A program made the translations under genes and the position numbers. Shown here piece by piece: positions 34,877 through 49,189 of a stretch of 64,000 nt of DNA (its first letter is position 1; every line of letters starts with the position of its first letter). A model generated the notes under the pieces. The model was not told the origin of the DNA and did no database searches. It saw only the letters and a program-made list of their open reading frames with translations. Origin of the DNA: Octopus sinensis (taxonomy: Eukaryota). The stretch covers positions 25,482,001 to 25,546,000 of the forward strand of contig NC_043004.1 in the NCBI RefSeq assembly GCF_006345805.1, written 5' to 3'.

Positions 34877-35639
34877 TTATAAACACCAGTAATATGGGTG
34901 AAAGGTCCCTTGCAAAATTTAAAACATCTACGCATCCAACCCATGCTAAATCCAAATACATCACCCAGCAAAATAAAAATCACATACCTCTATAGTAAGC
35001 AATCCCTCCCCACCAAAAATCCATCATCATAAAAAAGGAAGGATACATGTGTTAACATAGTTCTGGATATAAATATATAGGATAGTCACAACTAAAAGAG
35101 CTTTAATCAATCACAGGTGTATTCAGTCATGTTACACTACGACTAAACACTTCTTTGGCTTATATTTCATTCAAAATGAATCTTCATTGGTCACTAGAAA
35201 AAACAATAAAAATTTAGCATTAATTCGGTAGCTGGAAAAAGACTCTCAAAGCAAAGTCACATTTTATTTCATTACTATAAGCAATTGAAATAATAAAACA
35301 AAAAATATATATTAAATCAGTTATTAACTGATAATACATGACTGATACACAATTTTTATATATACAGGAAAAAGTTTTTTATTCAATTTCTTAAGTAAAT
35401 TGAGATCATGAAAAAATGGTGACTTTTTTCCTGGACTCCATATAATTATGTGAGGATGCACATTCATGCATGCAGACAGATAGACATTACACATATATCT
35501 ACAAAAAGTAAGTTGAATTGTGAAAAAATTGCGATGTGTATCAGTATGTATGTGTGCACACCCAACAATTTTTTTCCTTTTCTTTTTACATTAAAATCTG
35601 ATACAACTGTTTTAGTGAGGAAGCCAACATGTAGGTTTT

Positions 35640-36598
35640 CCTTTGGGTGTGTTCTGTCTAGTGGTTGCCGCTATAAAGTTCTTAGCTGTAAATGAGTGGT
35701 CCTTTGTTACTAGCAGAGGTAGGAGCTCTCTGAACTTTGCCCAGGTTATTCTTATTAAAGCAGCTACACTCTCAACCCTGCTACAGACTTGGTTACCTAG
35801 GTAATGGAACTATCAACTACTACTATTTTTTTCCCCTGGCAAGTTATAGAATCTATTTTCTGTACATCTTTGGTGTTTATTGCCCCTGTGCATCTTCCAC
35901 ACACAAAAACTATCTTCCCAAATAATCTTCCTTTGATATTGCAGCACCTCTTATGCGTCCATAGCTTACACTGGGTACATCTTATGGAGTTTCTACCTAT
36001 GCCTTTTCTATAGATTGAGCAGGGCCATCTACCTGAAGGGATTTGTGGTTTGTCTGCCTTTCTACTTACTAAGACTTTGGTTTTTGTTAGATTGACTCTA
36101 AGGCCCTTCGATTCTAGACCTTGCTTTTACACCTGAAACTTCTCTAGTTCTTGTAGTCACTCAGCTATTAGAGTAAAGTCATCAGCAAAGAAGAGCTCCC
36201 AGGGGCATCCTGTCTTAAATTCCTCTGTTATTGCCTGGAAGATTATGATGAAGAAGAGGGAGCTGAGGACTGATCCTTGGTGAACCCCTGATTCTTCACT
36301 GTACTTGTTGCCAACCCTCACCTTACTGATAGTATCCCTATACTGGGCTTGTACAGCTCTCAACAACCACTCATCTATCCCGTTTCCACATTGACCACCA
36401 GATAAGTGATGGAGGACTCTGTCAAAGACTTTCTCCATATCTACGAAAGCCAAGCACTAAGGTTTATTTACATTGTTCCACCACCATGTTACCTTAGGTC
36501 AAGATGGGACTTTGTACCAGCCACAGTTCTGGTCAGTAGCCCCCAACAGGTTGTCCTGTAGGAACCTCCAGTTGTCTTCCACAAAAGCTTCAAGTAGC
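35640..36598 (-). mobile_element. RTE LINE fragment (same family as 10714-13511) with internal deletion
   Basis: AFVDMEKVFDRV, GVHQGSVLSSLFF and LFFADDF on the minus strand. Nucleotide similarity to 10790-12500. Confidence 0.85.
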
Positions 36599-36599
36599 A

Positions 36600-36715
36600 T
36601 AGCCAGCAGGGTGGCGTCATTTGAAGGTTAAAACAATGCGAAGCGCATTGTGACCAGCGATGTGTAGCAACATCTGATAGCCTGGTCGGTCACATGATCA
36701 CGTGATATATGTATA
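36600..36715 (+). mobile_element. 3' part of tRNA-derived SINE (family of 9871-10172)
   Basis: GGTGGCGTCATTTGAAGG.TAAAACAATGC.AAGCGCATTGTGACCAGCG shared with 10083-10172. Confidence 0.75.
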
Positions 36716-38084
36716 TATATATGTACCGGTGTAAGTACCGGATACATTTCAAAAAAGTGTTGTTTTTTTTTTATACATACAGATGTGTGCGTGACTCTGT
36801 ATGTCTGCACCACCCCGTTTGACAACCGGTGTGTTTACGTCCCCGTAATCTAGCTGTTCGGCAAATTAATAGAATAGAATAAGTTACCAGGCTTAAAAAA
36901 AAAACTGGGTTCGATTCATTAGACAAATTCTTCCAGAAACCAAAAGAAAAAGGAATATCTAAACACAAATATATTTGTGCGTGTGAGTTATGTACTCCTG
37001 TGTATAGACGTTAAATGATAATGGTATCGTCGACAACCACAGACGTGTGTAAATATGTAAAATTGTATGGAAATAAATAATAAATTTCTAAGTCTATTGG
37101 CAAGAAATGTATTAACAACGAGGAAGAAACCTATGTCCAAAACAGAGCAAAAAGCTCATTCACCTCTTTGTATTTCTAAGACTGGAATGCCCTCAATTAT
37201 CAATACTATTAGTTCAATGAACATTGTGTTGTCGCACCTGCAAATGATCAACAAGTTCGACACTGAATTATAATTTCCTGATATATATATATATATATAT
37301 ATATAGATATAGAAAGGTATATATATATATAATGATTGCAGCCTTATCACTTAAAGATCATTAAATATTGTAATAATTCAAATATAAAAACGATTTTAAA
37401 CACTGAAAATGTCATTGATGCGTTTGTGTTAGATATATTAAGAATACTTACTTGATATGATTCCATAAGGTGTGAATAAACTGAATTTAGATGGGGCAGT
37501 TTCTGAAATTCATTTATATTTAATGACGTTTATACAGAAATATCTAACGTCAGCAAAAATAATTTGTCCAATGAAATATAGTTGGCAAAGAAGTAATTAA
37601 ATGACTTGTTCCACACACAGCATTAGGGGTTAGCTAGTGGCTCACAGTTTCGTATTCATTTGCACGGCAATATAAATATTTAAAAAACAATCAGAAGGAA
37701 AATAATAGAGGAGAGTGAAAAAGAAAAAGTGACTCGAAGAGATAAACTAGTGACAAGGTTAGGGACCAGGTGGTAATGTGGTTCCACGGAAGGAGCAAAG
37801 AAGGGAGGAGGAGTGGCATGTGCATATATAGATGTATACGGATGGACAAGAGAATATATCGATGTACACAGATGTATAGAAGTGTGTGTATGTGGTATTT
37901 TTGTGGGTTTATATATTTTGAGGTGTGCAAGTGAGGGTAGTGGGTAAGTGTAATCGTATTGAGAGTGGTGAAAGCATGGAAGTAAAGGGGTGGTGGCGGG
38001 AGTGTGTGGCTAAAGAGAACGCAAGAGGAACATGGAGAGTGTGGTAGAAGGTGTGGGGGATGTTTTCGCTTTGATTGGCAGATT

Positions 38085-38268
38085 TTTAAAATAATTTCTT
38101 TGTAACTAAACACTTTTAAACTTCGTATACTGGTAGAATGTGTTTATAAAACATCTTTTACTCTTGACTTTCTTGAGAAAATTCTGTAGATTGTAAGCTA
38201 TTTGTTGTTTAATTTCTTGCATTTCGGCAATTTCAACCAATCAATGACGTCTATTGAGGTGAATACAA
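38085..38268 (+). mobile_element. Isolated arm of the GGATC MITE family
   Basis: CTAAACACTTT.AAACTTCG.ATACTGGTAGAATGTGT...TTCAACCAATCAATGACGT shared with 1470-1640 and 23790-23950. Confidence 0.75.
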
Positions 38269-38269
38269 T

Positions 38270-41090
38270 TTCTCCGGATCTTTGTCAACAACAATTATAG
38301 CAGGAGAGCCTTGCGATACTCCATAAACCATGTACCCAACTTCGATCTTTGATAGAACCAGGATCCGTCCACTGAAACTAGGGAACTTGGGAAACATCCG
38401 TTTCCCCAGCGGAGACCACACCCGTTCACCTTCAAGGTAGAGCCACAGATACCTCAACCTCAGCGCATATCTGCACATCAACAACCAAGGCATCCCTAGC
38501 TCACCCTTTAACGGTTGTTGGCAGCAAGTAGAGCATTTCACAAGCGGTTTCGAGCCCTACCACAAAAAGAGGAAGAGCTGTCTTTCCAGCTTGTTCAACC
38601 ACGAATCAGGGCAAGGAATGACAGTTAGGCGGTAGGTGATGACCGATGCAATGAACACATTGGCTACCTCCGCCTTCCCTTTCAGGGTTAGCCACCACCA
38701 AGACCAGGCTTTGACTATGTGGGTCACCCTGCTTGATACCTCAGCCCAGTTCTTCTCTATTTGGAGGTCTGGTCCAAATCAAACTCCTAGCAACTTAATC
38801 GGACCCTCCGTCCAACATCCCACGACGCTGTCAGGAGGCATCGACTTGCCTCTCCAGGTGCCGACTGACTTTTCACGATTAACTTTTGCTCCTGCCACCA
38901 TCTCGTAAACCTTAATGGCCTTGCCTACCCTCTGTAGGTAATCCATTTTGGTTACGATGATGGTGATGTCATCCGCATAAGCTGAAACCGACTTTCCACA
39001 ACCTGGCTGTCTCGGGATGCCGCTCAGTTTTCACAGTAATGGCTCAAGAGCCATTACATACAATACCGGGGAGAGCAGACACCCTTGACGAACCAAGCAT
39101 TAGATGTTGAACAGCCTTGATAAGAAGCCGTTCACCTGAACTACCGAGTCACTGTTGTCATAAATCTGAATGATCCACCTGAGGAAGCCAAGACCCAGGC
39201 CGAACTGTGCCAGAACGGACACCAGGTAGTGATGGTCAACCCTATCAAATGCCTTTGATTGGTCTAAATGGACCAGTGCCCCACCCTTGCCAGAATCACT
39301 ATTAAACCCCTTTAAAGTGTACTGCATAAGATGGAGATTATCCTGGATGGTTCTGCCGGGAACGGCACATGTCTGTGCCTCCCCGATCAGACCATCCGCG
39401 ACACAAGTCAATCTTTTCGATAACACTTTGGCCAAAATCTTCAACTCTGCATTTAGCAGAGTGATGGGCTGAAAATTACGGAATCCCCCTTGTCCGGCTC
39501 CTTTCTGACAAGCATTACCACTCCCCGGTGCACAGATCTGGGAATAAACCCGTTCTGCTGCCAGTTCACATAGACATTCACCAGCAGGTGCTTGAACAAG
39601 TCTGGCATACTCTTATACTACTCATAGGGTAGACCATCCAGTCACGGCGCCCTACCCGCACCGCAGACTGCCATAATCTCAATTACTTCCTTGGGCCTGA
39701 TCGGCCCTTCACAGCACTCCACATCCAGCCCCGATAGGCGTGGCAGCCCAGCGAGGAAGTCCGTTAGGTCCCCCCTGCTATCCGGTCTGCTGCCCCCACC
39801 GAAAAGCTGGGCAAAGTGCTCCTGAAAAGCTTCACACATCTCCTTGGGCTCGTCTATCAACTTACCTTGCTGGTTCATCAAAGATAGGATTGTGGCATCA
39901 TTACCACATTGGGCTTCCACCACTTGGGCCCATCCTGTGCCTTGATTCCCTCACAACCCACTGCCCTGACAATGCAACCCATGTTTTTGGTTTCACGGTG
40001 CTGGTTTAATGCCAGTCTCTTCACCTGAGCCGCAGAATCAGTTTTCATTGCTTCCTCTAAATCCTTAACTAAAGCTGATTCCCTCCTAGCCTCTCTAGCC
40101 ACTAAATCTATGCTATATCTAATAGACTCAAATTTTATGGCTCGCTTGAGGGCATACCACCATTTATTATTAATAATGGAACCAGTTAATGCCCTCTGAA
40201 TCAACATCTTAATCTGGTCTCTGTACTCCTTAATTGCCAAAAGGGACGTATTAAGTTTCCAGTAGCCAGAGCCTCTATTATATATCTTATCTATGTCAAG
40301 CTTACAGGTGACCATTTTATGATCACTGTAGCTGACCGGGTGAAACTGTGGACACCTAGCTATCTTTCTATCTGCTTTTCTAATTAACACTCTAGGTATA
40401 ACCTGGAAGATCCATCGCTATTTGACCATGTCAACAATGGAGCGTTCAGAAATTCCAACCTATAAGGATCTGCTAGCTCAAACCTGCTTAGCAGTTCCAG
40501 GAAGCCATGACTACCTTTTCTGTCTGTACACGAGCCAACATAATCTACGCGTGCTTCGCAACTAAGGAATGTGATGTACCAAGAAACTTCTCCAGATTCC
40601 GAAAATACTTGCTTTGCCCAGTTGGCGTGGGTGTATAAATTGCAACCAGTCTGATAACTTTACCACGACTGAACGTCAAGTCCATGATGACCAACCTACC
40701 TTCAGGATCTGAAAAAATTAACTTTTTCTCAGAAACCCAGTTTCTTTTTAACAGGACCAACACCCCATTCCCGCTGGAAGGACTGCTTGGAGAGAAAAAA
40801 CTCTCATAGCCATCCAACAGCGGGAGCAGATCTCTTGGCCTCCTTGACCGGGTTTCTGTAGCAACAATAACATCCAAATTACGCGACCTGATGTCATTAA
40901 GGAAGCAACCTTGCTTCCAGCTTGACTTCAGGTCACGCACATTTATACAACCTACATGAATGCTTAACATTGTTTACCTCTACATCAGTGGTTCGAAGTT
41001 CCTTCGTTCTCGCTTTCTTTCTCCTTTTCCCGGGCTCGTGGCATATTTGGACGTAGGCCCTCGTAAATATATGGAGAAAAATCCATTCTG
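38270..41090 (-). mobile_element. Tx1/L1-clade LINE ORF2 (APE + RT), decayed, truncated at both ends
   Basis: CINVRDL..IVATET, YSDHKMV, YWKLNTSLL, PITLLNAELKILAKVLSKRL, LDQSKAFDRVDH and AYADDI across frameshifted ORFs. Confidence 0.9.
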
Positions 41091-41744
41091 AACGAAAGAA
41101 AAATAATACAGAGAGAAAAAAAAACTATCTTTTATCTCTTATTCCTTCAGTCATTATGCTGCAGCCATGCTTGGAGTACCGCTTTGAAGAAATTTTAGTT
41201 GAACACATCTTCCTTAGTTCTTTTTAAAGCCAAGTACATACTCTTTTGCCGAACCGCCAGACACACCAACAGTATTTGTCAAGCGGTGATGGGGGGCAAA
41301 CGCGTGGAGGTGGGTGGTGCTAAATTGGTAAATGGGGCAAAATGAGTAATTTCTGATTTTTCATTATTTGAAATAATTATATTGCAAGTATTGCATCATC
41401 CTTGGGAGTAAAAATTGGTCAGCAAAATTGTTCGTTGAATTTAAGAGTTTGAGATATGGTTTCCACCGTTTGAAGAATATTTCTAAAAAATTTCATTGAG
41501 TAGGGGACAAACATGTGTAGGAATACCTTCAGAATATTAGCATACAGAAGACAAATTTTTCCTCAACTTTGACCCAATTGTATTTGAGGTTGTTAATAAA
41601 ATATCTGAATAATTTTTGGGGCATTTAACAATCAAAATTCTTTTCTCTGTTGAATTCCAAGTTAATCTGGTAATTTTCAAATTCCAAAAAATTATATCTA
41701 AACTGGAGCAAAATAAGTAATGATTAATTTCAATTTCTTCTCTT

Positions 41745-41925
41745 AAGGATTTGGTACCACATACTTCAGGCAAAAGGAGCCGTCAGTAGTAGCATTTTGC
41801 TTGGCTTGGGTGGTCACTGTAAACTCTTACAAGAGCATCATCCTCACGTTTCCTCTTGTACCATTTATTGTTTCTCCATGTCTAATACTTGGGTAATTGA
41901 TCCATTAATTTCATATCATGCGCCA
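41745..41925 (-). mobile_element. Possible Helitron Rep fragment
   Basis: Minus frame KY*TWRNNKWYKRKREDDALVRVYSDHPSQAKCYY*RLLLPEVCGTKSL resembles the Helitron RxYxVHP...ECYxLRLLL..V.GPTSF motif. Short and decayed. Confidence 0.5.
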
Positions 41926-42214
41926 TTTTCCCATTATCCTCTTTCAATTTGACCTGGATATTAAAATTTTTTGCTGTACTTCTGATCTTTTTGATGTCAA
42001 AGGATGGATATTGATGTGTATGATTAATGACTTATAGGCATGTAATATTTTGTTATGCAACCATAATTTCCTATATAAAATACACCTGTGTGTGTGTGTT
42101 CGCTTTTCATGCATAAACGGCTGCATGAATTGCTTTCATACTTGGGGTGCATAAATAATTTAACCTTGGATACATAATAGGCTCTTCAGTTTATTTTTTT
42201 TTATTAAAAATAAA

Positions 42215-42480
42215 GGATCTTTACCTTTTGACTGACAGACTTAAAAAATAATTTTTTGTAACTAAACACTTTCAAATTTCGGACACTGATAGAATGTATC
42301 ATATAAAACATCCTTTACTTTTAGCAGTTTTGAGAAAAACTTATATTTACGAAGTTATTTCACGTTAAAGTTGTCCTATTTCAGTAATTTCAACCAATCA
42401 ATGACGTGTATTCAGCTGAATAAAATTACTGCTGTTGTTTGTCAACAAGAACTTCTGGCGGTGTATATTTCATTTGTCAC
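42215..42480 (+). mobile_element. Left arm of the long-TIR GGATC MITE, cut by an RTE
   Basis: GGATCTTTACCTTTTGAC... is collinear with 1447-1712. Confidence 0.8.
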
Positions 42481-44230
42481 AGCATTTTCTTGAACTTGCT
42501 GAAGAGCAAAAATCATATCAACAGTATCTCTCCTAGCCTGAAATCTACATTGGATTTCAGGATATATACTGTTTATTACATGCTTATTGATGTGGTTAAG
42601 GATCACCCTTGCAAGAATTTTTCCAGCAATGCACAACAAACTTATTTCCTGTGATCATCACATACACTCTTCTAGTTGCATCTTTGAATTGTCAGGGAAC
42701 AGATTCAGTTTCTCAGATCAAACAGATCAATTTGTGCAGCTTCCTTACAAATCATCTACCATCATGCTTGTACACTTCTATGGGAATACCATCTTGTCCA
42801 GGAGCTTTATCATTGAGAAGTTTTTAATAGCAGTACTTATTTCTTCCAAGGAAGGATCTTCCAGAAGTTCCTCAATTATTATAGGCCTCAGAAGGATTTC
42901 ATTGATTACTTCAGGATCAGTAGTGGATTCATGATTTAATACAGATTTAAAGTGTTCAGCCCTTCTTTTCAGAATTTCATCTTTGCTACCTAAATGTTTT
43001 GACCTGTTGTATGAAAGAATAGGTTCCATATCACCCTTTTTTTAACCAAATACACCTTTCATATTGTCATACAATGCTCTCAACTTGTGAGTTAGCAGTC
43101 TGTTCCAATTCTTGGGCTTTTCTTGCCCACCAAGAATTTTTCATCTCACAATTTTTTCTGGGTAGTTTTCTTAGTGGAGATGTATAGGGATCTGGGTGAT
43201 GACGAGTGTTTGCTTGAGATCCATGCTTTGTATCTTTTATGCATAGTTTCTAGGATTTGAAAATCATTCTCATCGAACCAATCTTGATGCTTACGTTTCG
43301 TGACTCTTAGAACTTCTTCAGCAGATGATTTGATGCTGTCATGAATATTGTGCGACAAAACTTGCTTTCCTCTATGTTCCCATGTTTGGAATTTAGATGC
43401 ATTTCAAAATTTGTTATCATTTCTGAATTTTTTAAAGAATATATATCTATTTTCAGAGGTATACTGGATTTCTTTGTATATGGTTTAACAAATACCTTAC
43501 TGTGAACTATTCTGTGATCTGAGCCAATACATTTGTAATTAGCGCTGTTTTTCATTCTAGACTGTCTTTGCTGTCTTGTAAAGTTCCTATATTCCAATAA
43601 ACTAAGATTACATGTTTCCTTTATTCTTCTTATTTTATCTCAACTGCAATCAACTGGATGGCTACACGTCTGCAGTTAACACCAAGCTTATTGAAGGCGA
43701 CACTTTTCTCATCCTGCCTCTGATATCAAAGAAGCAGTGTTACACTTAGATAGGATTGCTTGCCACACAAAGGAGAACATGAATCTTGTAGGTGCCTTTA
43801 GATTCTACAAAGAGACAGTCATCATCTTCTGTGCCACCTATGTGTGGGACTGGCTAGGAATTTCCTGCAATACCTATTGCCTTTCCTGTTACCATATCAT
43901 GTCACCATAGGACTTTCAGCTCGCCTTCAAACTACTCCCACAATGAATTTGTTTTTAAGTGGTTGGGCTTATGTCACTCGTCACACTCTCTCTTTTCCAA
44001 ATAACCTAGATTTTAGTACATATTAATTCCACAGAAAGGGCTGTCTGGATGCAAGGCTGGTTGTTTAGGAGCACTGAAGATGGTATTTGCTCAGGCTTTA
44101 ATAACAGATGAAACCCCAACATCTAATACAAGATAAGTGCTCTTTCCAAATCCTTTCCTCCAACTGACAGTGGTACCATCCATTCTTGCCATTTTTGTAA
44201 TTTTCACCCACCTTTTGATAAATTCACTCA
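42481..44230 (-). mobile_element. Decayed RTE/BovB-like LINE (APE to start of RT)
   Basis: IGSDHRIV, KRKHQDWFDEND, AEHFKSVLNHES and AGKILARVILN..QCRFQARRDTVDMIF. Confidence 0.8.
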
Positions 44231-44269
44231 AGGACAGCACCTCCCTTTCCACCCTCTCTTTCCTTTTCA

Positions 44270-44890
44270 GGTGAAATTTGAAAAGGATGAAGAGGGCTTT
44301 ACCAAAGAGGAGTGTCTGTCCTCATTCCTTTCCACCAGACAACCTCTTATGTCACTGCTACCAGGCAAAGGAAAACTGCCTTGCCTGGCTGGTTAAAAGA
44401 GAGCAGTGGGGCAATCATCATTATAGACATGGAAGACAACTGGATCCATCCCATATGCAACAGCAGCTATTCAACATAAGTACACAAGTTAGCAATGCTC
44501 AGACACTGAATGAGTGCATGCAGAATGGTTTTGTTGCTCTGTGAGCACCTTGGACAAGCCTGTCTCACAGCACATCCATGCCTGTAAAGTTTATCTCGAA
44601 CCGGTAGTGCCCCCCAATAACACTGCCAAGCCAAAGACATCTGGAAATTATCCATAATAGTTCCCAACCAAAAAGTCCTCCAGAACAAACTAGCTAGTTT
44701 GTTTTCATCGAGTCTCTCCTAGGATGCTGTCACACTTCCCTACCACTAATCCTCTATATATAGCTAAAGTGGAACATCCATTGATCCTATTGCCCGACTG
44801 GTAGAGGACAGTGAGTGCCTGACAACATTCTAGGTGTCAGGCGCTGTCTTGGTCTATCCTTCACCCGGGACTACAGCTCTGGCAGCAATG
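44270..44890 (-). mobile_element. 3' end of a Tx1/L1-clade LINE (zf-RVT region)
   Basis: SLAWQCYWGALPVRDKLYRHGCAVRQACPRCSQSNKTILHALIQC. Confidence 0.75.
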
Positions 44891-45499
44891 TCTTTTCTGT
44901 TGTATGTTGAAGAAGTGATTAGCAAGTATGACATTCGTGTCCATCTCAGTAATTATGGTGATCTCTTTGAAAATACCATCACATCTCTAAGGCATTGAAT
45001 ATTATAAAAATAATCAATTCCAGCAAATGAGCATGAAGTATATTTGGGGTTAGATATGAAGTTGATCAGTTCCTACATTATAATCACCATAGATACAAAA
45101 ATCACTGATTTACATGTGCCCCTTGTTCTAACTATATTCTAGTATTTTGTTTTCTGTAATATCACACCTATCTGTAGACAAATATAAATGGGAAGTTTAC
45201 CAGACTGCAAGTATGACTGATATATGGTTTTTCTTTTAATTTAACACTAAATTTATGTATTATTAACATCAGATAAATCATAGGGGATTCGTCTAGTGCT
45301 GTTTCCAACCAGACTATTACTTTAACATACTTCATTATCACTATAACTTGTAGTCATTTGTCTGTTTCTAAAATATCTTCAAAGTAGCCCAATATTTTGT
45401 AGGTTCGCTGTGGTATAGTGCCTGCGGGACCAGCTACTTCATTGTGCTTGGTGTTAAAACATGTGAAAGTCATAGACAGGCATTTGTTTTAACACTGAT

Positions 45500-45871
45500 G
45501 TATCTGTGTAAAAAGTCTGGCTGCATACACGTTAGCATATGTCAGGTGTATACAATTGACAACACAGTTAATTAAGATTTATTCAGTGAGTTCTATTCAA
45601 CACATGGAATTAGCAGAATCATTATTAACTTTAGTTTTGGATGATAAAGTTGAACTGAAAAACCCTACAATGAGGTATGAATTGCACGAAGCCATCTTGG
45701 GAAGAGCTATCTGAGCGGAAAATTCGTGGATGTATTCAACATCAAACTCATGTTCAGTGTCAAATAGTTGACTGTCGTGGTGGTAACAGATTCGTGTAAT
45801 AAATTTTGTGTTTATTTTTGTTTCATAATATATATTTTTTCGGATGCAGCCAGACTTTTCACACAGAGGTA
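45500..45871 (+). mobile_element. Non-autonomous Tc1/mariner deletion derivative
   Basis: About 24-bp TIRs TCTGTGT(A/G)AAAAGTCTGGCTGCAT. Internal WEELSERKIRGCIQ...QIVDCRGGNRF resembles a Tc1 C-terminus. Confidence 0.6.
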
Positions 45872-46434
45872 TGCGTTTTGTTTGTAGACAGGCAAGAGGT
45901 GTGGGTACTGAGAGGGGTTGGGTGCTAGTGTGTGGTATGAGTACTGAGTTGAACAGTATATATAATGGTGTGTGTGATGAGGGTACTGAGTTAGGTAGTG
46001 TACAGGTGTAGGGGTGGGAGGTGTATGATTTTAGATGAAGAGAGGTGGTAAATTAAGGCCACAAGAAGTAAAGGAATGAAGGGAGAAGACCAATTTTTTG
46101 CAGCACTTTGAAAAGCCAGCTTTGGTGACACTTTGGCGTCACTGTTCCTTACTATGAAGGGTACAATTATTATAGGGGTTAAGTATGCAAATTAGGTGTC
46201 TGCTATAATTAAATTTAATATGTAAATTTAAGACCAACTTAATTAGAGGGAGTGTCTCCAAATTTGCTCTTTTTTAGTGATCCAATAGTCTAAGTGTTTA
46301 GTATCTCTATTAGTTCAATTACCTAGTAATAATTTTTAATAGGTATCACTATAGAATGGAGACAAGCAGTTTGAATATACAAAAACACGTTTTGCTTCAT
46401 TTTCATATCAAAATATTTTCTGAGGAAAATTATA

Positions 46435-46570
46435 TAGCGGTTCAACAAAAGAGACCAACAGAATAAGTACTAGGCTTACAAAGAATAAGTCCTGGGGTCG
46501 ATTTTCTCGACTAAAGGCGGTGCTCCAGCATGGCCGCAGTCAAATGACTGAAACAAATAAAAGAGAAAGA
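46435..46570 (+). mobile_element. SINE 3' domain (family recurring at about 36810, 41130, 53940, 54880, 58530, 62850)
   Basis: AGAATAAGTACTAGGCTTACAAAGAATAAGTCCTGGGGTCGAT...CAGCATGGCCGCAGTCAAATGACTGAAACA. Confidence 0.7.
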
Positions 46571-49189
46571 GAGAAATCATTTGAAAGTTCTGGATGTGAA
46601 CTTTATTCTCATATTGTTTTAATTAAAATCTGAGTTACATATCATGTCAGGGTCCTTCAAACACCCTAATATTTCCAAGCATTTATAAAGTTTGTACCAT
46701 GTTTTATTTTGTTTTAACTGTTGACTGGCTGCCCTCAATCTGGTTCAATGTGCTCAAGTGCCATAACTTGAGTTGTGCTAAAAACCATACTACCAGGAAG
46801 AGGAAGGCTCTATTTTGATATAAAAATCAATGGGGATAGGTCAGATAATTGCTATGAAATATAATAGTTAAAATTTCATTGTTAATTTTCACCTAGAAAA
46901 GGACATATCATAAGAAAAAAATTTTCTCATGAATTCAATGTGGTCATTGATAATTCTGGCTCTGATATGATAAAAAAAGTGCAAAGTTAGTAAAGAGGGT
47001 GGTATACTGATCCTATTTGCCATACTGACATATTCACACATGGCAAGCGGTCAAGCAGAACCAGAATTTCAAGAAATGGATGAATGATTTATTAAGTAAA
47101 CATATACTTCTACAAACAAATGCACTAAATTGAGTTTAATAAGTCTTCTAGAGCTCAAACTTAGCATGAAATCATTGTATTGAGAATGCTTATTTCCTCT
47201 CACTGTTTTGACATGTGGAGAGGCACTAGGCAAACCTAGTAGATATTCTTGCACATGTAAATTTCATTTTTCTTCAAGAAGTATTGGTCAAATTCTGTCA
47301 ATAAAAGTTATATTGTGCAATGAATATAATTTTGTAGACCATTAAAGTCAGACATGATGTTTTTTCTTCCAATTTTGAATAGTCGGAATAATTTGTCAGT
47401 GTTTACATATTCGTTTTGGGTTTTTTTCTCTCTCTCCTACTAACAAGCTTGCAGTAAGTTACAGATGTTGTTAATGCTTAAAGCAAGGAATTAGGTTATA
47501 CATTTTGTTTGTTTTTTAATGTAGGTCAACATGCAATTTTGAGAAAGTTATCAGGTAGCTGTGGAATGTGCTAGAAACAACAGCTAAATCTCTCTTAAAT
47601 CACACATCCTTTTGTTTGAAAATATTTTCATTTTTTTTTTTTAATGAAAAGGCTTGTCCCATCACTTTTAAGTGCATAGTGCAAACAAAATTGGCCAAAA
47701 TTGATCCAGGGGATTGGGGATGGGAAAAAAATCAATCTTTCAAAAAAAAGCTTACCCCCATCATTTCCAAGACCAAGATGCAAAAAAAGAAAATGGAAAA
47801 ATCCCCGTCAAAATGGAGAAAATCCAACTCACATGGGTGTCCTGATCTGAAACATTGCAATTTTATTGAAATGTTATGTTCCAAAATCTCAGGATTTATT
47901 TAGTTCTATACCAATTACAAATGTGCCAAGTCCTTGTGACTTGTACTTTTGGATTTAACTAGATCTGAAAGCACTACAAAATTGACTGTAGTAACATGTA
48001 ATAAAATGGGCTTTACATAAATATTTTAAAAATTGCAAAAAAAAAAAAAAAAAGTAGGAAGCTGTTATACCATGGTCACTATTAATTTGTGTTATTTGAA
48101 GGTGATTACCACCTCAGTTTCCAAGATAAGACTAATTAAGCAAGATTTTGACCATCCTGCTAATCATTCAAATTGTCATATTTCCTAAAATATTCACCCA
48201 AAATTCAAAGTGATACCTACTTTTAACACATTTTATATCATTATATAAATAACATTTACCCTAGTAAAAACAACTTTGAGCCACAAGTCTTCCATTATAC
48301 CCCCATCCTGTTTCTTGACAAATGATCTTCAAACTTGTTTACCCTTGTTCTCTGAATGCCCATTCTTCCATTAATTCCCCAAACTTCGCATTCAATCACT
48401 ACCTAGAGTGATATGGCTTTTGTAGCAAGTGATATGGCTTTTGTGGCAACACTTTTAAAACCTCTGATCTCTCCTGCTTAGGATTTTCGTTTGGCTTAAA
48501 TTAACAGGACTACATTCCAAACATTGTAGTAACGAAGACAAGAAAACTCCAGTGGAAAATAAACACAGGATAACTTAAATAACAAGGTTGAATTTGAGTT
48601 GAGACACTAAAAGGTATCAAGCATAAAGAAAAATATTTAATTTGTTTTATTCTATACAGTAAATATTCATTTAAAAATAAAACCATTCCAAAGCATGGAA
48701 AAATAAAAACAGAAGAATAAAATAGTAAAAAAGGAAGTTTAATTTTAATTTCTTCAAATTTTGAGGTCAGAGATAATTTTTGAGTATGAAAATATAATCT
48801 TATTACAAAACATATTTTTCCCAACTATCTGAATTTTTCTTTATCATTTTGAGTGAAATGAAAAAACATTTTCACTAATTTTTTTCTTTACTTGGGGAGA
48901 CATATAAATAAAATATTTTGCAATATTTTACAGCAATATCTTCACTCAAATAAGATAAAACAACCAGAGTTTGTACTGTCTAGCACTTAGCGGAATGTAC
49001 ACATCTGCTTCTGGTGAAAGTGGTAAATGTTTAAATACAAGTTTATGAAAACTATATAAGATACCTAACACCAGTGTTTTTGGAATTAACATTTCAAAAA
49101 AAAAAAAGACATTTCAATTTTAATCATTAATATACTTTAAAATATATGACTTCTGTAATATGACTACTTACAAAGGCAACAATATTAAT

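Noticed and set aside
1-44890. Three Tx1 pieces (ORF1, EN-RT, 3' end) as one shattered element
   Set aside because: Their order is the reverse of collinear, and the overlapping codons of the last two differ, indicating separate insertions.
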